Notes: generated by a model not told the origin, from the letters alone. 63,936 nt of DNA, filler included, from Olpidium bornovanus S191 (GCA_017911155.1; 25 parts of 25 records of this genome joined end to end with filler, not necessarily neighbours in it); one strand, 5' to 3'; counted from the whole stretch's first letter, positions 37,014 to 54,757 are shown. Program-made: numbers and translations.

Positions 37014-37400
37014 TCACAGGATTGAACACAATTTTATGTCGCCAAAATACCTGTTATCTCGGGCAAACGTGTGGTGTACGTGGAATTCTCTCCGGTCTGG
37101 GATGTCCTCGGGTACCTGTTGTACTTCGCTTTCGGATGGTACAGTCCCGGTGCCGTACCTCCTCTGCATATTGTAACTCCTCGTGCACGAGTTGCACCAC
37201 CTCTGTCTGGGAGACAATTCCTGATCTGCTTTGTCTATTCTGCAACTTGTGCAGTGCCTCATTTTATCTTTGCAAACCGTCGGGCCGAAAACGTTTGTGC
37301 GTCTGAGATCAAATTCCTGAAACGTTCGGGTGTAGACCGGGAGGTGTTCCGGAAGGCAGACCGTAGTGCTTTTGCGCCAAGCTGGATCAAAAAAAAACAT
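37014..37400 (-). CDS. Hypothetical protein with a CxxC...CxxC zinc-finger motif in an AT-richer segment
   Basis: CTSCRIDKADQELSPRQRWCNSC; intronless 128-aa ORF. Confidence 0.4.
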   Translation of the reverse strand: MFFFDPAWRKSTTVCLPEHLPVYTRTFQEFDLRRTNVFGPTVCKDKMRHCTSCRIDKADQELSPRQRWCNSCTRSYNMQRRYGTGTVPSESEVQQVPEDIPDRREFHVHHTFARDNRYFGDIKLCSIL

Positions 37401-37879
37401 ATTTCTGTTTCTCAGTAGTGGTGTGGAAAAAGCAAGAACCTGAGGCTATGACGTCGCCAGTTTCGGTCTCGCCGTATTCAGGCACGCCTTCGCTGCGTCG
37501 GCCGACCTTCCGCGCGACGGAAAGGTTTCGGTCCGGAGGACTCGGTGCGCGGGCGTCGGGGCCCTTGGTTCGGAACGACGGGACTTTGCGCGGCTCCCTC
37601 GGCGTGGCGTTTTGCGGATCTCGGTCGGCTCCCGGAGACGGTGGCGTCTTTCTGGCCGGCAACGCCTTCGCCGCTGCTTATCCTTCTCCGCAGGGAAAGG
37701 ACGTATTTATCTCCATGAAAGAAGGCGTCGCTGCTTTCGCCGCCGCCCCCCCCCCTCTTTTCCGCGCGGAATAACGCGCCGTCGAACGCCGACGTCCAGG
37801 TCAGAAAAAGCACCTGCTCGTCTCTCGCCGTCGTCCGCCTCCCGACCCGAATTTCAGCCAGATGGTCCGCACGCGAGCC

Positions 37880-40641
37880 ATGAACGTCCTGGTCTACTCC
37901 GGAGACGGCGTGTCGTCAACGTCCGTAGAGCACGCCCGGGCGTCCCTCCGCGCCCTCCTCGCGCACCGCTACGACGTCATGATCGTTGACGCCAACGTGC
38001 TCAGGTCCGAGCCCTGGACGGAACAGTGCGCGCTGCTGGTGTTCCCGGGCGGCAGGGACCTCCCCTACCTGCGGGACCTGGCGGGAACGGCCAACCAGCG
38101 CATTCTTTCCTACGTTCGCCGTGGCGGGCGCTATCTGGGGATCTGCGCCGGGGCCTACTACGCGTCCGCGAGGGTCGAGTTCGAGCTCGGAGGGCCGCTC
38201 GCGGTAGAGGGCAGCAGGGAGCTCGCGTTCTTCCCCGGCGTCTGCCAAGGGAGCGTGTTTCCCGGATTCCAGTACAATAGCATGGTTGGCGCGCGGGCCG
38301 CCGCGATCCACGTGGATCCCGGCGCCCTCGGGGACGGAGACCTCCCGGAAGAGTTCCGGGTGTATCACAACGGCGGCGGGGCGTTCGTGGGCGCGGACTC
38401 GCTGCCCGGCGTGACCGTGTTGGCCCGCTACGCTAACGCGGACGCGCTGTTCCGCGAGCCGTCGGGCCTTGGCGCCGCCTCGGTGGTGGACTGCCAGGTC
38501 GGATCGGGCCGGGCGATCCTGACGGCCGTTCACCCGGAGTACATCCCGTCGCGGCTGGACCCGGCAGAATACGCCAGCGTCGACTCCGCGGCGCCTTTCG
38601 CCGCTCTTTTTCAGGACAACCCCGCCCGCGAGCGGCTGCTGAGCGCCTTACTCGCCCGACTGGGCTTGGAGACCTCGGCGGCCGTCGCCGCCGAGGACTC
38701 CGCCTGTACGCCGTTGTACCTCACCTGCGCCTCTGAAGCTCTCCTCCGCCGCGTCGTGGACGCCTGGGCCGCCCGCTTCGTCCCCGGGACGACCACGATC
38801 CGCGATGAGCGCTACGTCTTTAACATCGTCGAGGGGGGCTGCTGCTACCCGGCAGGCGCGCCTGAGAACGAAAAGACGGTCATTGTCATCCCCGCGGGTT
38901 CGGCGCCCCCGGCTTCGCTCACCCCGGGCTTCGACGTGGAGAAGTACCTGGGGTATCTCAAAAAATGCCAGCGGGAGGAGGAAGCCAATCAACGCTACGA
39001 CGGGATCCCCGGAGAGCTCTCGTTCGGTTGCGCGCTGCTCTACGCGTCTGTCACCGAGTCGACGCAGAATTTGTTAGAGTGCGTTTTTTCCTTTTCTTTT
39101 TTCTTTGCCGGGAGAGGAATTGCGCACGAAACGCCGAACGCCCTCGTTTCTGCCGAGCTTTTTCTTTTTTATTGTGGCAGGAAGAGAGGAAAGGGAGTGG
39201 GGGGAGGGGGAAGGAGGGAGGGGTGGGGGCGAGGTGGGGCCGGCCCGTTTCGATCCGTTCGCGGTCGCTGTTGACGTAAGCCTCTTTCCCACGGCACGCT
39301 TCGTCGTCCGTGAAAGAAACACCTCCTTTACCGAGTCCCTCCCAGACGGGTCCACCTTTGTGGCGACTCGACAGTTGCAAGGCCGAGGTGAGGACGCTTT
39401 ATTTCCGCATACGACGGCATTCGCAGAGGGTCTTGTTGTTCCCGGCAAAACCGACCGGCCCACATACCTTGCTCTCTTTTCGTTCCCGTGGCGGGCGATC
39501 TCTCTCGCAGGCCGTGGCCGCAACTCGTGGATCTCCCCGCCGGGTTGCCTGCAGTTCTCGACCTACTTCCGTCACCCCCTGGCGGCTGCGCCGTTGACGG
39601 TTTTTATTCAGTACATCGCTGCTCTCGCCGTTGTGCAGGCCGTCAAGCAGAGACCGGGGCACGAGGTGCGTTCTTTTCTTAAACAAAGCAGTCCAAGCGG
39701 TCTATCCCTGGTTCGTTCCGTCGCCCTCTTCCGTTACTCTTCCCCTCTCCCTTCCCCTTTCCCCCGTTTCCTTTTCCCCCGTGCTTTCCTTTACTTTCCG
39801 CTTTCTTTTTTTATTTTTTTTTTTCCTCGTTGCGGCAAGATTTCGATTGCCCCAATTCGCACATCATACATAACTTACTCGAAAACGCGGAACGTTTCCT
39901 CCCACTCTGTTGTTCTTGACTCCAATTTTTGGAAAGGATGTCCCGCTGGCCTTGAAATGGCCGAACGACATATACGCGGTGCTCCCCGAGGCCGCCGCCG
40001 GGGGCGAGGCCAAAATCGTAAAGATTGGCGGCGTGTTGGTTAACTCGACCTTCCAGAATGACGAGTTCCGGCTCGTCGTCGGTCAGTGTTTTTTTCTCCT
40101 GCGTGGCGGTCGTAGGGAAGAACGGTTGTCAAAAGCCTTTTCCGTCCGTTTTTTTTTTGTTGTTGTTGGTATCTCACCTGATAACTCTGCTTTCCCCACA
40201 CCGCCCTTTCCCCCCAGGTGTCGGCGTGAACGTCAACACGTCGCTCCTTACTTCCGTCAATGAGCTCATCTCCCGCTTGAACGCCGCCCGCCGGACCGCG
40301 GGACGCGGGGAGGCCCCGCTGGAACCGCTGGAGGTGGAGGACCTGCTCGCGTCCGCGCTGTGCACTTTTGAGCTGTACCATCGGGTGCTGGTCCGCTACG
40401 GGTTCGGAGGAAAGGCGTTTATGGACTCTGACGGGATGCCCGTCAGCTTAAAAGATCTTTACCTAAGGAGGTGGCTGCACAGGTGAGAGCACAATTTCCG
40501 CTATTTTTTTTTTTGGTTGCTCATGCCGCGCAATGAGATATCCCTAAACCGCGCGTCGGTTCGCATTTCACCCCTCTTTCCTTTTTCCCAGTAATCAAAC
40601 GGTCACCCTCCTGACGGAGACGCCGAACGTCGACGTGGTCA
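37880..40641 (+). CDS. BPL1: Biotin--protein ligase (BPL_N + catalytic domain); multi-exon, 3'-truncated
   Basis: MNVLVYSGDG...PGGRDLPY...YLGICAGAYYAS, GRGRNSWISPPGCLQFS, LKWPNDIYA, KIGGVLVN, GVGVNV. Confidence 0.96.
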
Positions 40642-40744
40642 NNNNNNNNNNNNNNNNNNNNNNNNNNNNNNNNNNNNNNNNNNNNTTAATTAATTAANNN
40701 NNNNNNNNNNNNNNNNNNNNNNNNNNNNNNNNNNNNNNNNNACG

Positions 40745-40805
<61 letters not shown>

Positions 40806-40951
40806 TTCCTGCGGGGGCCGGGGGGCGCGCTTTTTTTTTTTTTTTTTTTTAAAAAAAACCCCCCCCCCCCCCCCCCCCCCCTTCCCGGCCCGCTGATTTC
40901 CGAGATCAGGAAAACGGAGCAAAAGTGAAAAAAAAAAAATAAAACTTGCTT

Positions 40952-44109
<3,158 letters not shown>

Positions 44110-44211
44110 ACNNNNNNNNNNNNNNNNNNNNNNNNNNNNNNNNNNNNNNNNNNNNTTAATTAATTAANNNNNNNNNNNNNNNNNNNNNNNNNNNNNNNNN
44201 NNNNNNNNNNN

Positions 44212-44900
44212 GATGATCCTTCGAACGGTCGTCTCACCTACAGATGTTGTCGATGCTAACATCAGCCCGACTACAACGTACGGTGACTTGGAGCACACGG
44301 GCGGAATCATTCTCGTTGCGACAAAGCATGACAAGATCATTGTCGAACTACCCGACCTGATGTTTGGGGCTCTCCTCTACCATTGGTCCATGCCGAGTCC
44401 GGCGCTCCGAAGCCTCCGCGCCATGTTTGACACCTCCAGCACGTTTCGTTCGATTTACTGGCAAGCCTTCGCGGACTTGATATCTAACTACGAAGCCGCT
44501 CGTCAAATGTTGCTCGGAGGGTAGAGAAGGGCGTTGGTCTCCCGTTGCACATGCCACTGCAAAAATTCTACCTCGGCGGCATCCTCGGAAGGTCCGCTCG
44601 CGAGATGGAAATCACGCTGAGCGAAATGGTTGTCACAAACGAATCCACGTGCCGTTTTCCGGACGGTCTGCACATCCGCGATGTCACGACGGGAGATGAA
44701 ATACCCTGGCACACCTGCGGGGTGTGTCGTGAAGAACGCCCCAGGGGCGGCATTCGACACGTTTGCCACACATCAGGACGTTTTTGTGTGCGGCCAACAG
44801 AAGCAATGTCAGGAAGCGCTCACCCCGCAAAAGCTGGGAGACGAATAAGAGAAGGCGATGGGTGCAGTCAAAAATTTACAAGGCTACGACCGCGCGCTGT
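44212..44900 (+). pseudogene. Crinkler (CRN)-type effector C-terminal nuclease-like domain, disrupted
   Basis: WQAFADLISNYEA...LQKFYLGG...VVKNAPGAAFDTF...VFVCGQQKQ...LTPQKLGDE*EKA across frame changes, with stops at 44522 and 44846. Confidence 0.6.
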
Positions 44901-45467
44901 TGGTCGTGTACACAAAGCGCCGATACGATTGCACCGCGGTTCCGTTCTTCTTTCCGGGCGCGGCCTCGTGGACTACCTGGGGCCGGTCATCGCCGAACGC
45001 GCCTTTTCGAGCCTGGATGGATTTCGGGTAAACATCAACACCGAAACTCCGACCGGTACTCGAGCAGGTGCAAGGTCTGGGGGAAGCGAGTATCAACATG
45101 AACGAACGGGAGAGGAACGGGCAATTCGCGGACTGGAACGATCTAATTACACGTGTTCCACGCCTGCGGAAGAGCCTGCAGAATATGTTTTCCTATTAAG
45201 CTCGGGCATAACTCGGGCATAACTCGGGCATAACCTCGGGCATATTTCCGGGCCGCCCGTCGCGGTTGCAACCCGAATCCGCTGGCAACGACACGCCCTC
45301 GAATGGCGTCGTTCTCCAACCGCGTTTCGCCCACCCTTTCCGCCCACCCCCCGCCTCGCCACCAATTTCAACCAAGTCGTCGAGAACGGGGCGGGGGCGG
45401 GGACCGACCCGTCGGGCAGCTTCTTTTTCTTTCTCTTGCTCTTTCTCTTACTGGTTTTTTTTTTGTT

Positions 45468-46523
45468 TTACGGCGCGCCCGGCGACGACGACGGTTCGGC
45501 CATGACGGCCCGGCCCCCATCGCCGGCCGCTATCATCTCGGCGACGACGAATGCCGAGAAGGTGCTCTCCGCGGTGCCGACGAAGTACCGCGCGCGGGAG
45601 CAGACCAGCTGCTCGACGAACGGGTACGCGAACAGCACGAGCTGCCGCTCGACCGAGTCCTCCGGCTCGTCAGCCTCCCGGCGCCCGGCCGGGTCCGGGC
45701 CGGACGGGTCGCGGAAGGAGAGGTGCCGGAGGGAATCCATTTCGGGAGAAGAAGAAGAAGAAGGAGAAGACTTCGCGGTCCCGCCGGCCGAGCGGCTCCA
45801 CCAGCGGTCCAGCGCGGGACGCACGTCCTCGACGACGTCCTCCAGCGTCCAGAAGCCCGCGCCGCCTTCGCCGAAGGCGCGGCGGAAATTCCCCACGGCG
45901 CGACCGCCGGGCGGCGCGTCGGTGGCGAGGTACAGCGGGGGACGAGCGGCCCCTGCGGAAGCCTGCGTTTTCGGCGGGACCGGCGAGATTCCGGAGGATA
46001 AGTAAGGCGACGTTCGCGGCGAGCGCGGCGCCAACCGCAATGGACGTAAGCCTGACGACCAAGGGGCAGACGCGACCCGCCCGGGTCTGGCCGGTCCCGG
46101 TGCTCCTTCGTCGCCATCGGTTTTCCGCTTTCTCTGCATTGTTCTGGGGTGCTCCCGCAAACCGTCGGGCCGGCTGCTGGCGTCACTGCGAGTCGGTCGG
46201 GAATGCTGTGCCGCGTGACTTTTGAGCTTTCTCGAAAATCGCGGGCCGTCCGGCGGTAAGTCAGTGGCTTCAGAGTGACCGGTGGTCCCGCCGTCATTCT
46301 CGGATCCGGATAAATCTCCTTCGTCGCCAGGGTAGCCTTTTTCTTCGACGGTGTCGGCTGCCGGGTTTCCCGTTGGGTCACGTGGGTTGGCTGCCATCAG
46401 GACGTTGAGTAGGTTGATCATGGACGCCGAGAGCGATTCTGCTCTTGTAGAGAACGACCGCCCTGCGGCGCGAAAATGGCCGCAGACAAAAGATCCGGGA
46501 CCGCCGAGGCGCTCCACGGTCAT
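45468..46523 (-). CDS. GDP-fucose O-fucosyltransferase-family protein, C-terminal part
   Basis: PPLYLATD and VEQLVCSRARYFVGTAESTFS. The upstream half is low-complexity and the boundaries are uncertain. Confidence 0.7.
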   Translation of the reverse strand: MTVERLGGPGSFVCGHFRAAGRSFSTRAESLSASMINLLNVLMAANPRDPTGNPAADTVEEKGYPGDEGDLSGSENDGGTTGHSEATDLPPDGPRFSRKLKSHAAQHSRPTRSDASSRPDGLREHPRTMQRKRKTDGDEGAPGPARPGRVASAPWSSGLRPLRLAPRSPRTSPYLSSGISPVPPKTQASAGAARPPLYLATDAPPGGRAVGNFRRAFGEGGAGFWTLEDVVEDVRPALDRWWSRSAGGTAKSSPSSSSSPEMDSLRHLSFRDPSGPDPAGRREADEPEDSVERQLVLFAYPFVEQLVCSRARYFVGTAESTFSAFVVAEMIAAGDGGRAVMAEPSSSPGAP

Positions 46524-46638
46524 TTCGGCGGCGCGAGCNNNNNNNNNNNNNNNNNNNNNNNNNNNNNNNNNNNNNNNNNNNNTTAATTAATTAANNNNNN
46601 NNNNNNNNNNNNNNNNNNNNNNNNNNNNNNNNNNNNNN

Positions 46639-46830
46639 CCTCGGGCTGCCTCCATGGTTCACGCGGCCACCGCCGCGGCCACCTTGGCCGCCTGCGCGGT
46701 TTACGCGGCCGCCTCCATGGTTCAAGCAGCCACCGTTGTGGCCGTCTCTGCCGCCTCTGCGGCTCACGCGGCCACCTCCGCGGCCCCCCTTGGCCGCCAG
46801 CGCGGCCACCTTGGCCGTGCCCATGGTCAC
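46639..46830 (-). repeat. Low-complexity Gly/Arg-rich (GGRGGGRVNH) repeat; coding status unknown
   Basis: Recurrent CCACCGCCGCGGCCACC-like units. Confidence 0.4.
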
Positions 46831-47306
46831 GCGGCGCCTTCTTCGGAAAGAGGTCTCGGAGGTCTCGGAGAAAAAGAGGTCTTGGAGGTCTCGGAGGAAA
46901 AGAGGTCTCGGAGGAGGGAGAGGTTCTGCCCGCGTGGCCCGCCCAGGCGGTTTTTTTTAGGGGAGCGTCCGTGTGGCGTCGTCCCATTTTTTTTTTTTTT
47001 TTTCTTTCCCGGCGCAAAATCGCCGCCCGGCGCCCGGCGGAAAAACGCCGCCAGCGTTGGGCTGCAGGCAATGGCGACTTCTTCTTCTTAATTCGCTTCC
47101 TTCGCCTGCCCTGCACCCACACGCATCCTAAACTTCTCGACAGAACTTCTTGACTCTGGGAATTTTGCCGTTCCTGTGGACGTCACCGGGGGTCCCAGCT
47201 TCCCATGCCTTCCCCGCGTGATCGACCACACCAGGTGGCGAGTCCGCTTGTTCCTGTCAGTTCTCAGGCAGTTTTACGTCCTACCCAGGACGCATCCTGA
47301 ACTTGC

Positions 47307-47640
47307 TCAATGTGCATCGCCTCGGAGCTCTTGGTGAATTTCTTGTAGCCCAAGAGCTTCCCGATGCTGCACTGTCCTTGGTCCTGGCAGTGCCTTCGTC
47401 AGGAGGTCAGCGTGGCTGTCCTCCGTCGAAATATACCGGAAGGCGACAAGTTTCTTGGAGACAATGTCCCGGACAAAATGTAGTCTTATGTCTATTTGTT
47501 TTGTCCCGGCATGGTCCACGGCGTCCTTGGCGAAGGCGAGGCATCCCTGGTTATCGCAGTGAATTTCCAAGGGCGCTTCCTGCTTCTTCCCAAGCTGTTC
47601 CAGCAGTGCCGTGGTCCACATCGCCTCCTTGACAGCCTCG
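47307..47640 (-). mobile_element. Ty1/copia RNase H C-terminus (second element)
   Basis: EAVKEAMW...IHCDNQGCLAFAKD...TKQIDIRLHFVRD...ADLLTKALP. Probable 3' LTR sequence follows; its limits were not resolved. Confidence 0.93.
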
Positions 47641-47830
47641 NNNNNNNNNNNNNNNNNNNNNNNNNNNNNNNNNNNNNNNNNNNNTTAATTAATTAANNNN
47701 NNNNNNNNNNNNNNNNNNNNNNNNNNNNNNNNNNNNNNNNGACGCCGTGGCGAGCGACCCGGGCACCCCCCGGGGCCCGGAGCACCGAACACCCCCCGCC
47801 CCCGGGAGCCGACCTGCCCCGGGCCCGGGG

Positions 47831-47868
<38 letters not shown>

Positions 47869-50800
47869 AGACGCGCGCGCGGTTCCTGCACCGCCCCCCT
47901 CCCCCGTGACCCGCTGCTGCGACGTACACACGCCACCCGACTAAGCGGGCGGGCCCCCGCCCGGCCCCGCAGCACACGCGGCACGGCGCGGTCCGTTTCC
48001 CCCCCCCCCGGCGCCCGTTTTCTCCTTACCAAGCCCCTCCGGCACCCCCCCCCCCCCCCCCCCCTTCTTTTGCGGCACATGCGCGCCCGCAGCACCAGCA
48101 GCACGGGGAAAAGAGGGAGAGGGGGCCGGGGCCGTTAAGAGTGCGTGTGTGGATCCATGCTCGATTTGGGACTGTGCGACGACGCGGGGCGGGGCGGGGC
48201 CGGGCGGGGCGGGGCGGGGCCGGGACGGGACGGGACGGGACGGAGGAGGGGGGAGGGCGTGCGTCGCCACATCTCGCCTCGCCGCAGGAGGCCACGGGTG
48301 GGTGAACGGGTGGCGGGGCTTTTCGCAGCAAAACCGCGTCCATGCCTCCCCCCTCCCCCGCGTCCGCGTGACCACGCGGCGGTGTTATGCGTTGTTGGGT
48401 GTCGGGAAAAGGATGGGGGAGGCGTTTTTCGAGAATCCAAGTCCAGGTCACTAAAAATCATTTTAGTTTTGTGGTCGCAAAACCTTTAAACACTCGAAGA
48501 GGGAGAGGCGGCGTCGTATACGCTGTAATGTACTGTTATTGCGCGGACGGCCGGCCGTTTTTCTTTTCGTAACAACGCAATACCACATATCACACCAGCA
48601 AAACGACGGATCGATTTGCAATGCTCCACCAATTTCTACATATTTATTTTATTTTCGCCTTTCCTTCCGCCGAGCGCGGGCGTCCCGTTCGTCTCGCTCG
48701 GCCGAGGCCCGCCGAAATGCCGCGGCCACCGGAGGGAAGGGGGGGGGGGCAAAGTTAAACACGGGGTGGTTTCTCATCATCAGCTTGTTTTCACAATCAC
48801 GAGCGGATTCAGAGCAAGGCGGATCGAAGATAAGGCACGCACCGCCGGCTGACGATACAGCGCGTGCATATGTAAAGTACACAACCCTTTCGAGAGAGAG
48901 TTGTTGACTGCAAACCGCCCGGAACGGAGAGGGAAGGAAGGGAGGAACCTGTTGCGCCTTTCCGGGAGAACCCGTCAGTTTCCCCCCCACGCACCCGAAA
49001 CGCGTATGATTATCTGTCGCACGCGGACAGCTCTTTTCATTTTTGCAGCATTATATCCCGCACGCGTAACATTCCCACGTGAAATTTTCTGGACTAGATC
49101 GTCCACCACAAAGAGAACAGTTGAGTGCATTTTCGCAACAGTATTTGCAGTACTTGTAAGTATACACCTCGGTCTCATCCTCCCAAGATTTCCTTCTCAA
49201 GGCAATACTCGGAACACATACTACACTCGGCAGCAGATTCAAACATTACCAGGTTGGTATTTATCTTTCCTTTGAAAATTTCAAAGGAAGCAAACTTATC
49301 TGGAAGCAAACTTATCGGTCCTCCGTTTTTGAGGGACGTTATCAGGGCGTGCTTGTTAATTCTAGCCCCTAGTTGGACACTCTTACCGGGAAATATAGGC
49401 CAGTTTCGGTTGGTGTTGGAAATCCGAAGATCTCCAAGAACAGCACCTATTTAAAATGATTTTCTTTGAGAGATCGATTCTCGAATTCGCTGCGGTCTCT
49501 CTCGTCCGGATGGGTCTGGCAAAAATTGGCTTTGTGTTTGTGATCGTTGCGGGAACTGTGCTCACGGCGGCTGCTATACAGGGTATAGTTCTCTGGGGAC
49601 CCGTTGGCAGGTAGGCCACCCTTGCGGCAGTGGCCTCCAACTGCGTACGTATGTATGCGTACGCCCGCGGTGGTGTGGCAAAGGCACGGCTGCGGGCGAT
49701 AGCCGAGGAGTGTGCGTGAGCGGAGGGGGGAGGGGAAGGAGAGAGCGGGAGAGAGGGCGGGGGAAGAGAGGGTGCGTGTCTCGCGTATCAGCACAACACC
49801 GGAAGGGTTCGTTTTTTTCCTCCTCCCCGCCCCGCATTTTCCCGGTTATTTCGGCTTTTTGAATTTTTTTTTTTTTTTCTTCTCGTTAGCCGCGTCACCG
49901 GCCTTCCCCAATCATTCAACCAACCAGCCAATCAATCAATCAATTACCCAACGGGGGAAAGGGTATGTAATCAATCTGTCCGCCGTCAGGGGGGAGGAGG
50001 GTAAGGGAAAAAGGGAAGGGAAAAAAGGGGCGATGTGGAAAGTGCGGGTCCACAAAGGGCAAGCGGACAAGGGGAGGAAAGGGGGAAAAGGGGGGCCGGT
50101 TCCNNNNNNNNNNNNNNNNNNNNNNNNNNNNNNNNNNNNNNNNNNNNTTAATTAATTAANNNNNNNNNNNNNNNNNNNNNNNNNNNNNNNNNNNNNNNNN
50201 NNNAAAAAAAAAAAAAAAAAAAAAAAAGAAACGAGAGGCAGGCGGGAAGTGAGCGGGGGGTGGGGAACTGATTGACGCTCCGGCCGCAGTCCGCGCTTTA
50301 GGAAAATCGTCCACTTTTCCCGGGGGGTGTGCCGAACGAGCTTTTTTTTTTTTTTTTGGTTTTTGGTTTTTGGTTTTTTGTTTTTTGTTTTTGTTTTTTT
50401 GTTTTTGTTTTTGTTTTTCGTTGTTTTTACCCGACCGTACGAAGAAAGATGGTTTTCCGTTGCGTCTGGATGCGAGGCCGGGATGGAACGGGCCGAGCAC
50501 ACGGTTTTTCCACCGCTCCGCCCGCTTGTAGGGATCTCGGCCGTGTTCGTACGGCGAATTACGCCGGACGGCGAAACCGCGGCACGGCGTGCATGGCGGT
50601 GTTGCCGACGAATTTTTTTTTTTTTTTTTTTTTTTTTTGGAGCCCGGTAAAGTTCACACTTTTTACAATTTTTTGTTTTCTCGGACTGCAAATTTCGCTC
50701 AGTGCATTTTTCTTTTTTGAGGCACTCGTGGGATCCTCGGTCGCGTTTGGGGCGGGGGCACTCGTGGGATCCTCGGTCGCGTTTGGGGCGGGAATCGCAC

Positions 50801-52010
50801 GGGATGCCCGAAACCGTGGCGTGGCTTCGGTGACCGCTCCATTTTTTTTTTTTTTTCTACTTTTGTTTTTTTTTTTTTTTGCAGTTCCGCGGCGTGCGTT
50901 CTCTTGCCGGCACCGCCTTATTGTTTTATTTTATTTTTTACCCCTTTCGTTTCTTTGATGCCGCAGGTTTCGGAGGCGACGTGCGGTTCGTAAAACAGGC
51001 AAAACAAGAACTGCTATATTCCGTGTCAAGGTTTCCTTCAGAGGGCAGCATTCAGATGACCGCGGAGTCCCCCGCTCGGGATTCGGGGGGGGGGGGATGG
51101 ACAAGGGTCAACAAGGTGGGTGTGCCGTAAACGAGGGTTTGTGCGACACGAAGGCCGCCCACTCCCGAGCCAGGGGGATCCACTCCCGAGCCAGGGGATT
51201 CGCGCGAGAGGAGGGGCAACTTTGTGATGAAGCAGGCCTCGACGAGCTGGAACCACTCGACGAGGACCTGCGGAAGGCCGTGGACCTGTCGAAGTGTCGA
51301 GTGCGGGAAGATTTTCCGGCCGTACGCGGCGGCGCAAAGGCGGGAAAGGGGACGAGGGCAGGCGAGGCGATCGAGTCTTTCTGCTCTGCCGGGAGGCCGT
51401 CGGTGAGGACGCCGCGGGCCAACAACGTCGCCGTTTCTGCGAGTCCGTGGGGTGGTTCAGCGGGGGGGAAAAAAAACCCTAACCCTACCTTCTCTTTCCA
51501 ACCACGGCTCCCAGCTCGTTTTTACCGCGCTTTGCGCACGGAACCGCCTTCCTTCGCCTCCAAAAAGCTCAACACCTCCCGGCACCCCACCCCCCATCCC
51601 CCTCCGCCACTCCAGTCTCGCTGCGCAACGCAAACTAATACTTTAGCCCAAGTTGTACCAGGTAAGTCCGTGGGCAAAGAGGAACGTTCTTTGATGACCC
51701 CCGGCCTTTTATTTTTTCCATCTCGTACCGCACAATCAATCACAGCCTCCCCTGTCTCGTGCACCGAAGTAAAATTCATTGCGGGGAAGCTTGCTCGGCA
51801 CAAGGTTGTGGGGGCGTGGAAAAAAACGGGAGTAAAAAATTGCGCGGCAGCGCAAACATAAAAGGTTACGCTGGGGCGGCGCAAATGAGAACACAGTGTG
51901 ACCAGTATGTAAGTCGTTAGACAACAGGAAAAAAAAAAAAAAAAAAAAAAAAGGAAATCGCCCCAACGGGTCGACGAATTTTAGTTTCCAATTTTCCCGT
52001 TCAATTCTGC

Positions 52011-53586
<1,576 letters not shown>

Positions 53587-54130
53587 TTATTTGTAATTGG
53601 GGCGTCACACGGGATCCCCGACTTTTTTTTTTTCTTTTTCTCTTTTTTTTTGGGAAGGGGGGGGGGGAAGGCTGTCCGGGGGGGGATGCGGGATACTGCG
53701 GGCATGGCGCGAAGAAAACAAAAAACCGTCTCCCGTGCCAAAGTACACGGTGCAGAAACCGCAATGGGCCAAAGCAAAGCCATGGGGCATACGGCAAAAA
53801 GAAAAAGCCGATCGGCGGAGAGAGGACGGGCAGGAAAAAAAAAAGGGCTCAAAACTGCAAAATCCTTCTCTCCCTTTTCTCTCGCTCTCTCTCTCTCTCT
53901 CGCTCTCTCGCGATTCGCCAAGTCGCCGCGCCGTCCGATTTTTTTTTTTTTGCGCACCGACCGCTTTTCACCCGCTTTTTTATTTTGTTTTTGTTTTATT
54001 CTTTTTTCCTGCGCCGGAGTCGCCTGCAGCGCTCGCGCCTCTAAACGATCGACGCGGGGCCGTGGTGGTCTTGACGTTAGCAGATAGACCGGAGCGCCAC
54101 CGTGCGCGCGAGAGAGAGAGGGAAAGAATG

Positions 54131-54757
54131 TCATCCTATTTCGGTACGCTCGACGACGAGGTCGAGAGCGTCCTTCTCTATGATGACGTTCCGGTACTTC
54201 ATCAGGCGGTAACAGTCGAGGTCGTTGGCGAAACAGACCTCGACCTTTTCGCTCTTGTGCGCCGCTTCCCAGATGTTCCAGTACGAATCCAGGTACTTGC
54301 CGAGCGGCCTCTTGGCGTCCGGCGGAGGGCGGAGCCCGGCGCGGACCTCCATGTCGGCCAGCCGCTTCTCTTCCTCCGGCTTGCGGGAGACGCACAGCAG
54401 CACGCGGTCGAACTCGACCGCCATCCTGAACTTGGCGTCGACGTCGTTCAGCGTGGGGACGTATTGGGGAACGAACTCCCTCGGCGGCTTCTTGGAGGCG
54501 ACAAAGTCGCGGTGCTCGTTGAACTCCAGGACGTGTTCCAGGCGCCGGCGGAGCAGGTCCTTGTTCTCCTCGTATATCGCCAGGACGGCCTGCGGCGTCA
54601 ACTTTGTTTGTTTCGGCCGCGCCGGCGCCTGCTTGTCACCCGGCGGCGGTGTCTCCTTCAACGACTCGACCACTATGAGCTGGTTCTGGATGAACTTCGC
54701 CGTCAACGCGGCCCGGAGGGCAAGGCACTGGCTCTTGAGGCTGAGTTTGGTAGCATG
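54131..54757 (-). CDS. YML6: Mitochondrial ribosomal protein uL4m, C-terminal part
   Basis: LALRAALTAKFIQNQLIVVESL and YRNVIIEKDALD match the uL4 C-terminal pattern. Confidence 0.75.
   Translation of the reverse strand, partial: HATKLSLKSQCLALRAALTAKFIQNQLIVVESLKETPPPGDKQAPARPKQTKLTPQAVLAIYEENKDLLRRRLEHVLEFNEHRDFVASKKPPREFVPQYVPTLNDVDAKFRMAVEFDRVLLCVSRKPEEEKRLADMEVRAGLRPPPDAKRPLGKYLDSYWNIWEAAHKSEKVEVCFANDLDCYRLMKYRNVIIEKDALDLVVERTEIG

Noticed and set aside
47741-50103. Possible small exons (for example ...GKYRPVSVGVGNPKISKNSTYLK*)
   Set aside because: I could not assemble or identify a product.
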